DNA of 64,000 bases from Eutreptiella sp. 'Long Island Sound 2002' (lineage: Eukaryota > Protista > Euglenida). The number at the start of each line of letters is the position of its first letter. Position 1 is the first letter of the stretch. Of this stretch, positions 51,096 through 64,000 are shown piece after piece. Location: assembly GCA_964036045.1 (NCBI GenBank), contig OZ038378.1, forward strand, positions 10,230,001 through 10,294,000, given 5' to 3'. Below the pieces are notes generated by a model that was not told the DNA's origin, did no database searches, and was given only the letters and a program-made list of their open reading frames with translations. A program made the translations under genes and the position numbers.

Positions 51096-52274
51096 GAAAG
51101 ACACTGCACAGGCACATCGCACAGGCCCTCTGCAGAAAAGGCGTGGCACATGCAACGGCCCCCGTGGTCCTGTCCTCCTCCTGAATGCCCGTCTGTCTCC
51201 TGCGGCCCAGGCAGATCGCAGATCGCCTGAACGGCCCAATCCCAAGCACCGAAGATGAAAGCAGAGCTTGTCAGTGGCCATGTGCACAACCCTCAACGTA
51301 CTTGTACCGTGCCTCGCTCTCTCGCACAAGTACGGCCCAAGTCAGACGGGCATCCCCCGCTAACACACGCCCGACACACAGGGAGCGGTTCTTGGGGGGC
51401 AAGCGCCAGGGCCAGCGCCATCGGAGGGCGGTAGGACATGTGCGTGACCTACGGTATTCCTCAGTGTGCCCTGCAGTTCTGTGCACGACCGCTGCCCGCT
51501 TGCCATGGGCTGTGCCAGTGCCGGAGGAGGAATACGTGATACTCAGTGGAGAGAGGAATCGTGGCGAGGTCTTCTTTATTGCAGACAGGACACGAAGAAG
51601 GGGGGCGTTAAGCGTGGTCTAGCGCCCGACCCTTGCGGCCTGAGTTGGGGGATCCAGAGCAGACGGGGGGTGGGCTAGGGGCAAGGGGGGCATCCGAGGG
51701 GGAAGGGGGTGGGGAACCCCAACATGCGTACGAAGTGGTCGTAGAAGGGCGGTGATACAGTCCGGAGCCTCGACGTCTGAGCACCAACCTTCTCCCTCAA
51801 TCAAGAGTGCGTCCATCCCACGGGGCCGAGCGACCGACGATGGTCAACGGGCCCATCTTCGGGGCCTGGGGCATATGCCAGTCCCACAGGGGTCTGTGTG
51901 TAGGTCGTAAACTTGTGTTTTTACTATTCTTTATGAGGGCCGCCCCTGCCTGGGTCTCATATCGGGAGGGGGTCATGCACGGCACGGGGATTCACGTAAA
52001 CTGACCGCACGACGGCAGGGAATCGCGGGAGCGTTGCTTGCCAGAGCGAGTACCTCTTGCATTCGCACAGGCCCATCCTCACGACAGCAATGGCGACAAC
52101 ATGAACATCAACGAACAAGCCTTACCCACCATCGCAGACACACACCACAATATCTTTGTCGCCACCCCATTCCTCCCTCAGATCTCCCCTTCCTCCTGCG
52201 CAGTATGGCCGGGCTCACCCGAACCTCTCCGTGGCCCAGGCCCGTACGCCACATGGGAAGGGGGAGGGGAATAC

Positions 52275-52487
52275 CTTGCACCGTGGCCAACCTTTTGGGC
52301 TGCTGGCGAACAGGGCTCAGGCCCGTGGTCACAACGGGTGTTGTTTGCATTTGGCCCAGCAGCTCTACCAATTCCTGCTCAAGGGCGTTCAGTTGGTTGG
52401 GGCCGAACAGGGTGGAGCAGCCCTCGTACGCTTGCTCGGCGTACTCCTCCCGCGTGGTCAGGTATCCGGCGTAGGAGTTGGAGGGGC
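52275..52487 (-). CDS. Neutral ceramidase exon 6
   Basis: gacAG|gcccc, phase 1. SNSYAGYLTTREEYAEQAYEGCSTLFGP. Donor caag|GTattc. Confidence 0.88.
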
Positions 52488-54068
52488 CTGTCCCAAAAAG
52501 AAAGCGGCCGTATGATACGGTATGCAGCATACGTACTCTGCGGAGGTGAAGATGGCAGTGGGATCCGTAATGCACTTCGCCAATAGTCACTCAGAACTCT
52601 TTGTAGCGCCGCCAGAGAATTCGCACTTTACACCTACATCCAGGCCATCTGTGCTGTATCTCACTTTGTGGGTCAGCACACGAAGCAGATGTGCCCCTTG
52701 AGACTGCTCCTGATTCTGCGATACGGAGCTGTTGAAACTACCCGACTGAATTGAGGCCAAAGCTGACGTTGACACCATGGGGTCTTGTGACGGGGCACGA
52801 CTGCAATGGCAATGGGATGAGGCCACGGCTACGTGACTTAGGAGGCAAAAGTGGGGTAGGTGACGGCACCAGGGTATACCCGACTGAATTCCTTGCATTG
52901 GTTTGCCCTTTTGCACAAAATCAGCCTCAGTCACATTCTCAAACACGTTCACATACCTTAATCTCAAGAGCAGCCTCAAGGGACGTGCAAGGGTTATGGA
53001 TTGAACGCAGGCTCTTGGTCTTGCGGCGGAACAGGCCCCTTATATCGTCGAATTCCTGCCTGAACTATGACTCAAAAACGGTTCCGTTGCAGATGCAGGT
53101 CACGATGGCCGGCTCCGAACAGCACCATAGGGGTGGGGGCCATGGTATGTCCTGGGGCATTCGAAGCCCCCCCCCCCCCCCCGCCTTTGTGTCTAAGAAC
53201 CGGCAATGTTTGACTGCGGAACCAGGCGTCGGTTCTTGCGCACGGCCGTGAGCAGCCCCGTACCGCGGAAACGATGATCAGTGCGGCCTCCTGTGTGGAA
53301 CTATTACTTGTGGGGTGACAAGCCTTGGGCCGCAAAAAAATTAGTGATCTCCGTTTGCTTCTGGACAGGTTGCGCACCGGGTGGACGTCTGTGGTACATA
53401 ACAAGGAATGGAAGAAGTGGTAAAAGTAAATATGTCCTGAGAAATACCTCAAATTCGGTCCCATGTGCCTCAATGTGCATTACAAATGCATGCATTGCCG
53501 TGCAACACACATGAAATGTTGTCCTGCATTCCTGAATAGCTGTCCTGTATCCACCACAACCATGAACAACTCAATTCCGTGGGGAAAAAAGTTGCAACGA
53601 GAAAACTGCCGTGGAACCAGGGAGCGGTTGTTGCACACGTGGGGGGGGGGGGTACGATTGGCCTATGCACCAGGTATTCGCCCAATGATTAGCAGTGCTC
53701 TCAGCATCATGGCCTGATGATGCATTGGCTGGATGGGCGAAAATCAAATCCACCATACCCCCAATGCGAAGGAAGCATCAAAAACCTGTTGTCAAACAAC
53801 AATGATGCCCCTAGTGTCACAAAGTATGGGTCTCTAGTACGGCCAAATAGTTGCACTGCGCGCGCACTGCGCTAAGGACACCCCCGTAGGGTGCCATCGA
53901 GGCTGCCCCCAAGGGTGCCAGTACCGTTGAGACTCATGAGGAGGCGTAAGCCCAGAACAGTCACGAGATCGCATTTGTTGGCCACGTCGACCACTGTCGA
54001 AACCGCAACCACTCATCCCGGCGTAAGGGGGCATGCACTTTGAGGGGTGCGGTGTCTTTGGAGCAGAC

Positions 54069-54198
54069 CTGACAGAACAATATGCTCGGCGCCCAATGCC
54101 TGCAACGGCTTTTGCACGGTCCCACGCAGTCTGCGGCCGGCCATTGTTGTGAGCTCGAAAGGTGTGCCAATGATCGCCAGGGGCCCCAGAATCATCAC
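54069..54198 (-). CDS. Neutral ceramidase exon 5
   Basis: ttgcAG|gtgatg. PFELTTMAGRRLR. Donor tcag|GT. Confidence 0.88.
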
Positions 54199-54842
54199 CT
54201 GCAACAGCGTGGAGTCGGTCGGCAAAAGGATTATGGGGTGCTGGTAAAATGTTGGTGCAGTGGTCATGAAGTGCCAGTGGAGTGGCTGTGTAGTGGTGAT
54301 GGAGCGGTGATGGAATGGTGGCAGAGTGGTGTGGGCGAAGTGGCTATGGAGTATTGGTAGGGTGCCGGTGGAATGACCATGGAATGGTGGTGGTGTTGCG
54401 GCTCAGTTAGGCCGAAGTGGTTGTAATATGTTGGTGCATGGGGTGGTGGGGTGGCAGTGAGGTGGCGGTGGAATGTCTGTGGATCAAGTGGTTGTAAAGT
54501 GGCGCTGGATGCGTGGACGTGGTGGTGGCTGCCAATGGACGGTTTAAGTGTCATGCAAGTGTGAGTGTAAGTTGTGCTGGGGCGGTGATGGAGCCACAGT
54601 GGAGGAATGTGGTGCAGTACCAATGGTGGAGCGGCGATGCAGCAGCGGCCGTGTGGCCATGGAGTGGCGGCGGGGTCGTGGGAGAATGGTGGTGGAATGG
54701 TTGCCGAGGCTGTGGAGGGGTGGCAGCGAGGTACTTCGTGGTTCTGGCCTGTAAGCCCTTTCAGCCCTGACCAAACAGGACAACAGCCACATCACCATAA
54801 GACTGCACTGCGCAGTAATCATAAAGAACAGGCACGCAGTCA

Positions 54843-54912
<70 letters not shown>
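54843..54912. repeat. (CA)n microsatellite
   Basis: Directly visible. A (CA)n(CT)n run also occurs at 1133-1172. Confidence 0.95.
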
Positions 54913-54914
<2 letters not shown>

Positions 54915-55276
54915 AGTACACATAGTCGTGCGCGGATGCACCGACACATACACGCATCCACACCAACCCACACCTACACGCATACACCCTCAAGCAATCA
55001 ACAACAAACAGAGAGGAAGTCTGCATGGACCAAGGGGTAATCCCGTGCAAAGGGCTTGTAATTCCCCCACGCGAGCCACACCCCTTATCTCTGCAAAGCC
55101 GAGCCACGTGTTTCTTTCATCTCCCCTTTATTCCGCCGTCAGTCTCCGGTCAGGATGTTTTTTCTTGCAAATGTGGCAGCAGATGGGCTCTTCTGAGGTT
55201 GCGGTCCCCAATTTGACTACGTCTCTGCAATCGAAGCCATTGATGAATACTCAACCGTCCTCCTCGGCCTCCACAC

Positions 55277-55816
55277 CTGCAGGGGCAGCACCTCCGGCAC
55301 GGCGTTGAGGGCCCCGAGATCCACCAACACACTTTTCTCCCCCTGATCTGGGCTCCGCTGCGCCATCATTTCCACGAAACTGGCCGCCCCGTAGTCATCC
55401 ACCGGGCCATCCGCCGGGGCGCCCTTGATCACACCCGCCCCATACGTCGCGGACGAGGTGTGGTCAGGGGTGCCCAGGGGACCCGCCGCGTACTGATGGT
55501 ACTGCGGGCGCAAGTGAATGCCCGCAAAGTTCACATGCATGACGCCACACCGCACCAGCCCCGTCAGCGGCGTCGAGGCAGACGCCAGCAGCCGCTCCGC
55601 GCACTCCGCCTGCCGGCCCCCAATGGTGCGCATGCGCAGCAGGTCATGCGTGCCGTCTGGAGGCCCCCAGAGGTTGGGGGACACGTCGCCCTCGTTGCTC
55701 TGAGCAAAAGCGGCCACGAAACCCGGGCTGCGGTGTGCCTCGACCGCATGCGCGGCGAAACCCTTGTTGTCGCTACTGACCAGAGTGCTGGTGTTGCCCA
55801 TGCTGGTGGGGTGTAC
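55277..55816 (-). CDS. Neutral ceramidase exon 4
   Basis: ccacAG|gtacac. VHPTSM..SSDNKG..FAQSNEGDVSPN..VPEVLPLQ|GT. Confidence 0.9.
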
Positions 55817-56083
55817 CTGTGGACAGATGCATCAGGTGCAGCATGCATCAACATGCACAGCATTTGAATGCGGAAACAGTTGGTCACTGTGGTCCGGGAG
55901 CCCAATCTTTCTCAGCGCTGTGGACGGCTCGCCCCTATTCGTTTCCATGGCAATTCCCATAATATTGGAGGGGGTCCAGTCAACCCATGTACCACAGTTC
56001 GGAGGAGGCCCCCACCCTCGTGTCCCTTGACTTGACTTCTGGGAGCTTCATGAGATTTCCGCGGCATTTCTGGGACGAAGTTA

Positions 56084-56687
56084 CAGGGGGGGGCTTTAAT
56101 TTAAGGGGTTTTTTTTCGGATGACCAAAATTAAGGGGGTAAAAAATTGGTACTGCTCCTTAGAAATGAAGGAAAAATTTGGTACGAGGCCCCTTGCTGCT
56201 GCTTCCCGTAGCATCCATGTCCTGGGGGTGCAGGCACATGCAAACATGCAGACCTGCAGACATAAAAAAGACCAAAAAAGCGAAGCAAAAAAAATTACCC
56301 AAAGTTTGGTACGAGGCCCCTTGCTGCTGCTTCCCGTAGCATCCATGTCCTGGGGGTGCAGGCACATGCAAACATGCAGACATGCAGACATAAAAAAGAC
56401 CAAAAAAGCGAAGCAAAAAAAATTACTCAAAGCCGGGTTTGAACCCAGGAACCTTAGAACTAGAACCTAGTGCAACTACCTACTAAGCTCCATCACGATC
56501 TGTGATGGGTTGTCACATCAGAGTGTGAATGTCATAGTGAAAAAAAAAGGGTGAGTGTCGTTATGGCACCCCCTGACACAATATGGCACAAAGAATCCTT
56601 AAAATTGAAGGAAATATTTGGTACGAGGGAGGGCTTCGAAATTTGTCCAAACAAATTTTTTCACCGCCTAATTAAAGCCCCCCCCTG
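56084..56687. mobile_element. Tc1/mariner-type MITE
   Basis: TA TSD (56082-56083, 56688-56689). TIR CAG(G)nCTTTAATT / AATTAAAG(C)nCTG. Internal ~120-bp tandem duplication (56177-56425). Confidence 0.8.
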
Positions 56688-58121
56688 TATGGAATTTTTT
56701 GGGGTGTCTCAAGATACGGCGGTGAGGGACCCTGTTTGCGCACTTGCTTCCTGTGGCATGCATCTTTTCACACAGGTGCATCTCTGATGAGGGCACTGTG
56801 CATAACATCGCTGCACTCCCTGACATGGGGAGGGGGGAAATAATGAACACTCAGTTCTCGTGCTCCCGGTGTGGCCATTTGCGCCACAAACTACAGCCAA
56901 TGCACCACATGCACCATTTCGCAAATCTTCAGTCCCAACCCCAGCCAACGCAGCTCCCACAACATGCCACTCCCATCCCCCAGGGAGCCCACTTTTTGCT
57001 TCATTCATGTTCTACGTGACAGACAGGCACTGGCCGAAACGCAGCAAGAGTGCTCCCTTCTCGTCAAGTGAGAGGTCTGTGGCATTGCAGCGTCAGCTAA
57101 ATGACGATGACGTGCAAGACGCTCATCGCAGTCCAATCAGGGCCCATACGTCATCGCCGTGACCCCTCCACCGGAAAGAAAACCAGATGGTTGCACAGAT
57201 GATGAAAACGATACTCATACTGTTCTGTGAACGCATATGCCCCACAGAGCTGGGGGATGCTGCACAACACTGTCATCTTTGGTACTGTAACAACCCCTGG
57301 GATGAGGATTAATGTGCAATGAAGAGCAAAGATGTCTCAGCAGGAGATGTTACGGAAAACATGCACATCTTCCGTCACGAGGCACCCGTGTTCGAGCTGC
57401 GCGTCGCTTCCGAGGTGGGGGGGGGGGGGTGCCATGAGGGAGGGCCCAAGGGGCAGGAGGGATAAAGGTCGAGGAAAGGTCGTTGGGGTTCTGTGAGAAA
57501 GGTCTCCATCCCGTGGACTGCTGATGTTGGACAGTTCACAGCACATGTCACTTTGTATCAGACAACCGCAATGCACGCACGTGGAGCCGGGCGCGGGGGG
57601 GGGGGGGGCATTCGGGGTGCAACAGCGCCCCACACACGGCCTGAAATAAAGTCAAAACCGATTTTGCTTCCGGACATGTTAAGTGTGCTGTGTACCTCAT
57701 CTTGTGTATTCCACCGAGGCACCATTTGCCACTCCTTGCAGAGAGGGTTTGGGGGGCTGAAAGGATTGATGAAAGTTGAATCTTCCAGCAAGGCCGCCAT
57801 CCATGCAGAAGATTGATGAGGGTTGTTGCAGATCATGAGCTGCGGTTCAGGCCATGAGGTGTTGAGAGCTCTTGAAGGTTGCTCAGCGTGCGGGTGGATG
57901 CTGCTTGAGGGCTGTTGCCCGTCGGAGCGAGGCACACAAACTTGTTGGGAGTTGTTGAGGGGTGGATGAGCGGCCGGTGCATCATTGACACTTTGTTGAG
58001 GGCAGTGGAGGGCTGTGTAACGGATTCAGGATCACCCAGTCTTGCTGGTGAGTGTGCGACTCTTTTGGCTGGGGGTCACAACTGTGAGGCTTAGACCGCC
58101 AGTCTTTGCTGTGTAACACAC

Positions 58122-58562
58122 CGGCAACCAATTCAGCAGCCCGTTGTCGCCGATACGGAGCCCTGTCATCACTGCGTCGAATTTTTCGTGGTACTGCGCA
58201 CGCTCTCCCGGTGGATTGGCATCGTACGCCTGCGGAGACCGATTCTTCTGCGCCCCAGCCACAGTAGCAGTGCCGAGGCTGACGTCCTGCGGAGCCATGG
58301 AGGCATGAGCCAGGGCCACTGATCGAACAATACCCGCGACGATGGCGTCGAAGTTGACCTGGTCGAACCCCAAAGACGTGGTGTCGTACAACAGGTACCC
58401 GGAGAAGCCTCCGGGGGCGGTGTGCGTATGTGAGGCTGTCAGCATCGTGTTGGCCATGTGGTACAGGTCCCCAAACGAGGCCTTGAGGCGGTCCAGCACC
58501 TCCAAACGGATCAAATCAGACATTTGATTTATATCCACCGCCACAAATGCCGCCCGCTGACC
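58122..58562 (-). CDS. Neutral ceramidase exon 3
   Basis: ctcAG|ggtcag. SHTHTAPGG (metal-binding HTH), NRSP, LNWLP|GT. Confidence 0.9.
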
Positions 58563-58591
58563 CTGAGCAGAGGTGTGCGGCAGCGATCGTA

Positions 58592-58972
58592 CCCCCCCCC
58601 CCCTTGCGCAAGCACGGCCGCGGTCCCAGAAGTCCGGCCAAAACGGCGGTTCAACGCCCACCCCGTGCTTAGACAAGGCCGTGCATGCGCGTGACACATG
58701 TGACAGCCAGACCGGGAATAACATTGTCAGCCATGGATGAAAATCACATCAGAACAAGCAGCATGGGGTTCCAATGTGTAGTACAATGTTGAACAGACTG
58801 CACCATCACAGACATGAATGAGCCCCTCTTTCCCTGTACAAACGCTCTACAGACACCCAATCCTCAATTCTGGACCACAAAAACAGCGGTCCCAAAAATT
58901 CCTCAAAACGGCGGTTCAACGCCCACCCCATGCTTAGACAAGGCCGTGCATGCGCAAGGGGGGGGGGAGGGG
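58592..58972. mobile_element. TA-flanked MITE with (C)nTTG termini
   Basis: TA at 58590-58591 and 58973-58974. TIR (C)nTTGCGCAAGCACGGCC / GGCCGTGCATGCGCAA(G)n. Internal ~68-bp direct repeat. Confidence 0.75.
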
Positions 58973-60472
58973 TACCCTGTGGATTGTATGTACATCGCGC
59001 ACCAACTGCCGTATACCTCCATGTCTTTGCGTGAATCAAAGGAGAAGCAAGCAGGCCATCCTGGGAGTGTTGAGCGAAGCGGCGTCGCACCGTGCATCCC
59101 ATCACTCCATCCAAAAGAGGCCTCGCACCTTTTCCTCCCACCAAATGAATGCACCATATGCATTCCAGCATTCAAGAGCAATAAACCTGGCGACACATGA
59201 TAGAACGTGCGCAAACGGGAAAGAGTGCACATGAGTGAAAAAGAAAATTATTAGTGTTGCTGCTGGGTTCACTTTTTCATTAGGGACAACCCTATTTCGA
59301 CATTGGGGAAGCATCCTTCCCTGCTCTGAAGACTATCTTTACGATTTTGCTCCTGTTTCGTCTCGATATACCTCTTTCCCCTGAACTCCACACAAATCTG
59401 CAACGACTTGTGCGCAAGATGGGCCATCGAGCTGCGGCACCAGTGTGTGGTCGCAAATAGGTGCGTTAGGCTTTTCAAAGATCTGATAGGGTGCGGTAAG
59501 AACCCTGCAGCGGGCTTTGTTAGATCGAGCACGGGCACACTGCCCACGTGTGAGAGTAGGGAGGGTACGTGATCTCCGAACGAGGTGTGTTCCTGACACT
59601 TGCTGTCTTGCGCTCACGTGCAGTCACATTTCACACACAGAACACACAACATGCACAGCTAATCGCGCTTATTCACAGAAATGCAAAAATGATATCCATT
59701 GAAAACGGACTGTGTGCGCCCTAGACCAAACAAAGATGTACTAAGTGACGCACGCCTTCCGATCCACATTCCTTTATCGCCCCTTCGAGGATAACTGGGC
59801 TTGCCTTTGGCTTGTGTTTCGCATACCTTGTTAGTGCACTGCATCCTCTCATCGTGCGCACTTGGGGTCAGAAGTGGGGCACTAGATCCCGAAACTTCTA
59901 GAAGTCAAGCAGGCGAGTAGTGGGCCGCTGGCATCAAGCTCTTATGGATCAGGCGTCCAGGCACAAAACGCCGAAATGGACCTTGTGGCACGTATCGATC
60001 TTTGGCAAAAAGTGGGAAAAAACTGAGGCCAAGAAAAGAAGCATTGCATCAAAACAGCCGCGCATTTTCAGGCCTTCAGCACAATACAGGCTCGGTCACG
60101 GAAGCCCCGTTCCAAACTACTCCCGAATGTGCCCCCAAGAGAAATGGTTCTTGTAGCTCTTGTTGGACGGCCGTGTTCAACAACGTCAGTCCACACTGTT
60201 CGTCGGCCATGTGTAACGTGGAACGGTGCTTGTAGCTGTACCGGGTGGACTTGCCCGGCCTCCCCTCAGGCCCTTGTGCGGCAGCCCCCGACTATGGGTA
60301 ATCCAACACGGCGCCCTCGCAGACACACTTTCCAATCCCCCGTCCTGTGTTGCCTCACCAGCGGGGGGTCTTGCCAGGATTACTCTTCCCCCCCCCCCAA
60401 CACTTGCCCCCGCCTCACCAATGAAGGGGCCAAACGCAACAACAGAGCACGCACGCACACACGCACACTCAC

Positions 60473-61014
60473 CTGCGGATCCTCAAAGATGAAGGCCCGA
60501 CTGTACAGCCTCGTGAGGATCCCCTTCCCCTTCTCCTGAAAGTTCCCGTACCCCAAGAAGGTGGTCTCGGCACAAGGGCCCGTGATGTCCGCCTTCCCCA
60601 CGCCCGCTTTGAATGCGGGGCCCACAGCCACCGATGAACCCGCGGCCAACGCCGAGAGGGAGTGGGCCCCAGGGTCAAGAGACGGGCCCGGAGCGCACTG
60701 GCGGAGCGCACTTCCGGAGCCCGGCTGCTTCAGCAACGCCCTCAAGCGCGCCACTGCCTGACGGGCATTGCGTTTACTGGACCCGCCAGCGCGAAGCACG
60801 AGGCTGAAGGGCAGCCGGGGCTCATAGTAGGCGGTCTGGCAGTCGGGGTGCAGCCCAAGGGCGTGGCCGAGGGTCGGCGGGGCGGAGGCAGTACTGAGAG
60901 ATGCATCGTGGTCCATGGAGAGGTGTTGTTGTAGGTGCTGGTGCGTCAGGAGGCCAACGGAGGAGGATGTCTTAGTGCTGGTGGCCCGGTACGTGGCAGG
61001 GAACAGCTGCAGAC
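60473..61014 (-). CDS. Neutral ceramidase exon 2
   Basis: Pyrimidine tract ..cctcAG|gt, phase 1. GVGKADITGP..GYG..RLYSRAFIFEDPQ|GTgagt. Confidence 0.85.
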
Positions 61015-61449
61015 CTGAGGAATGAAGGGGATAGAGGAGGGAAAAGGGGACGCTTGTGCGGTGTGCCTGGGATTTGCTGAAGTCGCGGGGGATGGCCGGT
61101 CGACTGACACAAGCGTCTGTGGCAAACCAACTGTCAGTCAGTGGCGTGTCAGTCAGTAGCACCAGCGATTGCTTCAATCAAGCCCCAAGCCCAAGGGTAT
61201 GGGCAAGAAAAGGTCCAGGTCCGTTCTCATCAAAGGGGTTTGCTTGAGTGGAACACAGCCCAACAGCACTCTCCCCTTTCGCCACGCACACACACAACTC
61301 AACACAATCCACAGCCTCACAATGCCTACGCACACATTGCACATCCCCACAACGTGAATGTACACAGCCACATCCTCTCGACGGCAGTGCACAGAATCCG
61401 CACACACAATGCCAATTGCTGTGCAATGAGAGACCAGAATCTGCCTTAC

Positions 61450-61528
61450 TAGCACTGATGCTCAGGATCAGGTATCGCATCCAGGCCAAGCCCAATACTG
61501 TCAGCAGGATCCAGAAGAGTATCGGCAT
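61450..61528 (-). CDS. Neutral ceramidase exon 1 (signal/anchor); start codon tentative
   Basis: MPILFWILLTVLGLAWMRYLILSIS. Donor a|GTaagg matches the phase of exon 2. An upstream exon via the AG near 61577 is possible. Confidence 0.65.
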
Positions 61529-63039
61529 CGTGATGCCCAGGCCCCACTGAGCTTGGCCATTGGTCACGCTCTCGCTGCGGACAACCATGACCCCAGGGGC
61601 TCTACTCACAGTACGCCCCACAAGGGCGGCAGCACCAGATCGCTGCACCTCAGCACGAGGGCTGGCAGTTCCGGTGGTGACTGGAAGGGTTGCAATGGGT
61701 CTGGTCTGGACATGAAACTCGATGTTTGTGCATGGAGCCACTGATGCCATCAGGAAAAGCACAAACACAACGGCTGCTGAAGCGCCCAAAACCCGGAGGG
61801 TCTGGCTGCTCTGTGGTGAATGGGCTTTGAGCGGGCAGCAACCGTGGTGGCAACACATTGCAAGAGCAATGAAGACTTTGAACACCCAAAGATGCGGGAA
61901 AAGGAGGAAGAAGGTGGGTATGAGGTTCCTGTGTGTGTTTGCATGCACGCATGCACACCACCAAGTGATATCTGTCTAGTGCACTGCTAAATACAATGCC
62001 TTTTCACGGACATGCGTGACCTCCATGTACAGAGCAGAAGGAGGAAGAGAGAAGAAATGAAATGAAATGAAATGAGTCTGCAAGACGCCTTTCCTCCCAA
62101 GTGCCCCCAAAATGGCCCTGTTACAAAAATATTGTTCCTTGCCCTCCCAAGCCCAAACACAATATGCAAAATGCAATAGGGCACTTTGGTGTGAGTTGTG
62201 CTAGAGTGCACTTTCGATGAACGCGCAACTTCGATTTTGGGATTCCTACCCAAACAGGATGTGGCAATCGTTCTCCAAAACCATGAGGTTTGCACTTCCT
62301 ACTTTGGGTGTTCATAGGTATATTCAAGTACAAGTTTGGAGACGGCAGGATATTACACATGCTTCTCTTGCTGCTTTCTCCTGTTGTACAGAGGCAGTGG
62401 GTGGGTTTGGGTTGGTTTCCTATCTAGTGGGATTTGCTGAATGTGCGCCCAATGCAACAACTTTGCCCACTAGCTATGTGTCATATCTCCCACACCATCA
62501 CTGGCATGCAAGATGTGCACATGTTCAAATGCCACACTCAAATATATCACCTAGGTGTGCACACATTGACAACAAAAACCATTTTTCATCCTTTGCGGAG
62601 GCTTCCTCGTGCCCACACAAACTCAGGTACATGAGGCCAAAGTCCATTAGCTATACCTAATTTGCCCGTGGGCTCAAGTCAACAAAAGGCCCATTTTCAC
62701 AAGTGGTAAAGTGCACGCGAGGCAGAGTGCCTTGGTTTGGATGCCCCTCCCAACCGCCATGCCCCAAGTGGGTGAAATACCCAGCAAAACATGACCCCTA
62801 GCACGCGAGCCCCATCCCCATAGCAGCTTACAAACGAGCCCTGCCGCTCATGGGGCCAAGTGCACGCGAGGCAGAGCGCGCTAGTTTGGATGCCCCTCAC
62901 AAGAAAGGAAAGGAACGAAGGAATGCACATCAAGGAGCATGCACACCACTCCGGATTCCCATGCAGAGGGCAGGTGAAATGCGCGTTAGATGAATCACCT
63001 AATCACCTATAGGTCTTGCAAGGGGTGGAGTCTACTCCA

Positions 63040-63700
63040 CCCACACCCACACCCACCCACACCCACACCCACCCACACCCACACCCACACCCAAACCCAC
63101 ACCCACACCCACACCCACACCCACACCCACACCCACACCCACACCCACACCCACACCCACCCCCACCCCCACCCCCACCCCCACCCACACCCACCCACAC
63201 CCACCCACACCCACACCCACACCCACACCCACATCCACACCCACACCCACACCCACACCCACACCCACACCCACACCCACACCCACACCCACACCCAGCC
63301 ACCCCCACCCCCACCCCCACCCACACCCACCCACACCCACCCACACCCACACCCACACCCACACCCACACCCACACCCACACCCACACCCACACCCACAC
63401 CCACACCCACACCCACACCCACACCCACACCCACACCCCCACCCACACCCACACCCACACCCACACCCACACCCACCCCCACCCCCACCCCCACCCCCAC
63501 CCCCACCCCCAACCCCACCCCCACCCACACCCACACCCACACCCACACCCACACCCACACCCACACCCACACCCACACCCACCCACACGCACACGCACAC
63601 GCACACACACACGCACACGCACACGCACACGCACACGCACACGCACACACACACACACACACACCACACACACACACACACACAGACACCACACGCACAC
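63040..63700. repeat. (CCACAC)n / (CCCCAC)n / (CACACG)n / (CA)n compound microsatellite
   Basis: Directly visible. Confidence 0.96.
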
Positions 63701-64000
63701 TCATACTTGCAATGATGCAAGAAAGTCCCAAAAATGCAGAGGCGGACAACATTCCCCTGATGGCAACAAAATTCAGAGTTGGTGTTGCGTCATTGTAGTG
63801 CATGTTTACGCCAAGCAAGTAGCATGCCGCACTGTGCAGAGTTTGGATTGATTGGGTGGTGACACGTGTTATCGGTGCAAAAAGCACAGAGAATGACAAG
63901 AATTCAATAAGCCCCAAGTAGCAATAAAAAATTAATTTGTCCCCAAACCCTCGAGCAAAATTGACCAACAAGTAGAAGCTCAGATGCAGTCCAACTTTAG

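Noticed and set aside
51270-51700. WRWPWRLPPKNRSL as a LINE zf-RVT-like remnant
   Set aside because: Single weak motif with no supporting RT or Cys motifs; left uncalled.
52108-52274. Continuation of ceramidase exon 6 ORF (GIPLPLPMWR...)
   Set aside because: The phase-1 donor at 52274 joins exon 7 and restores the conserved alignment, so the remainder is intronic.
62709-62898. 41-bp direct repeat upstream of the ceramidase as a promoter element
   Set aside because: Real repeat, but nothing distinguishes it from the many repeat fragments here, so a function is unsupported.
62990-63971. Pro/His/Thr- or Gly/Val/Cys-rich ORFs
   Set aside because: Translations of the (CCACAC)n microsatellite.

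Overview
Repeat-rich eukaryotic nuclear DNA, most likely from a photosynthetic euglenid (inferred from a class-I bipartite plastid presequence and a pyrimidine-tract/AG site just before its ATG). Three host genes can be reconstructed. (1) A 6-exon + strand gene (2029-23316, ~725 aa) for a putative plastid-targeted protein with 2 RRMs and 5 tandem repeats resembling the cysteinyl-tRNA synthetase C-terminal anticodon-binding domain. (2) An intronless, GC-rich SAM methyltransferase (35519-36823, +) that looks bacterial. (3) An 8-exon neutral ceramidase (61528-48573, -, ~782 aa). All 12 reconstructed introns are GT-AG. Introns and intergenic DNA are filled with mobile elements. One is a 5.5-kb Mutator-like element (9-bp TSD) nested in a MITE, carrying ~38 copies of an 85-bp palindrome-rich minisatellite and a Zn-finger/SAP-like ORF. 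A second element has the same architecture, a homologous small protein and different subterminal repeats. There is also a hAT derivative (8-bp TSD), TA-flanked MITEs, tRNA-like remnants, degenerate retroelement traces and long microsatellites. Family assignments come from motif recognition by eye; no searches were run.
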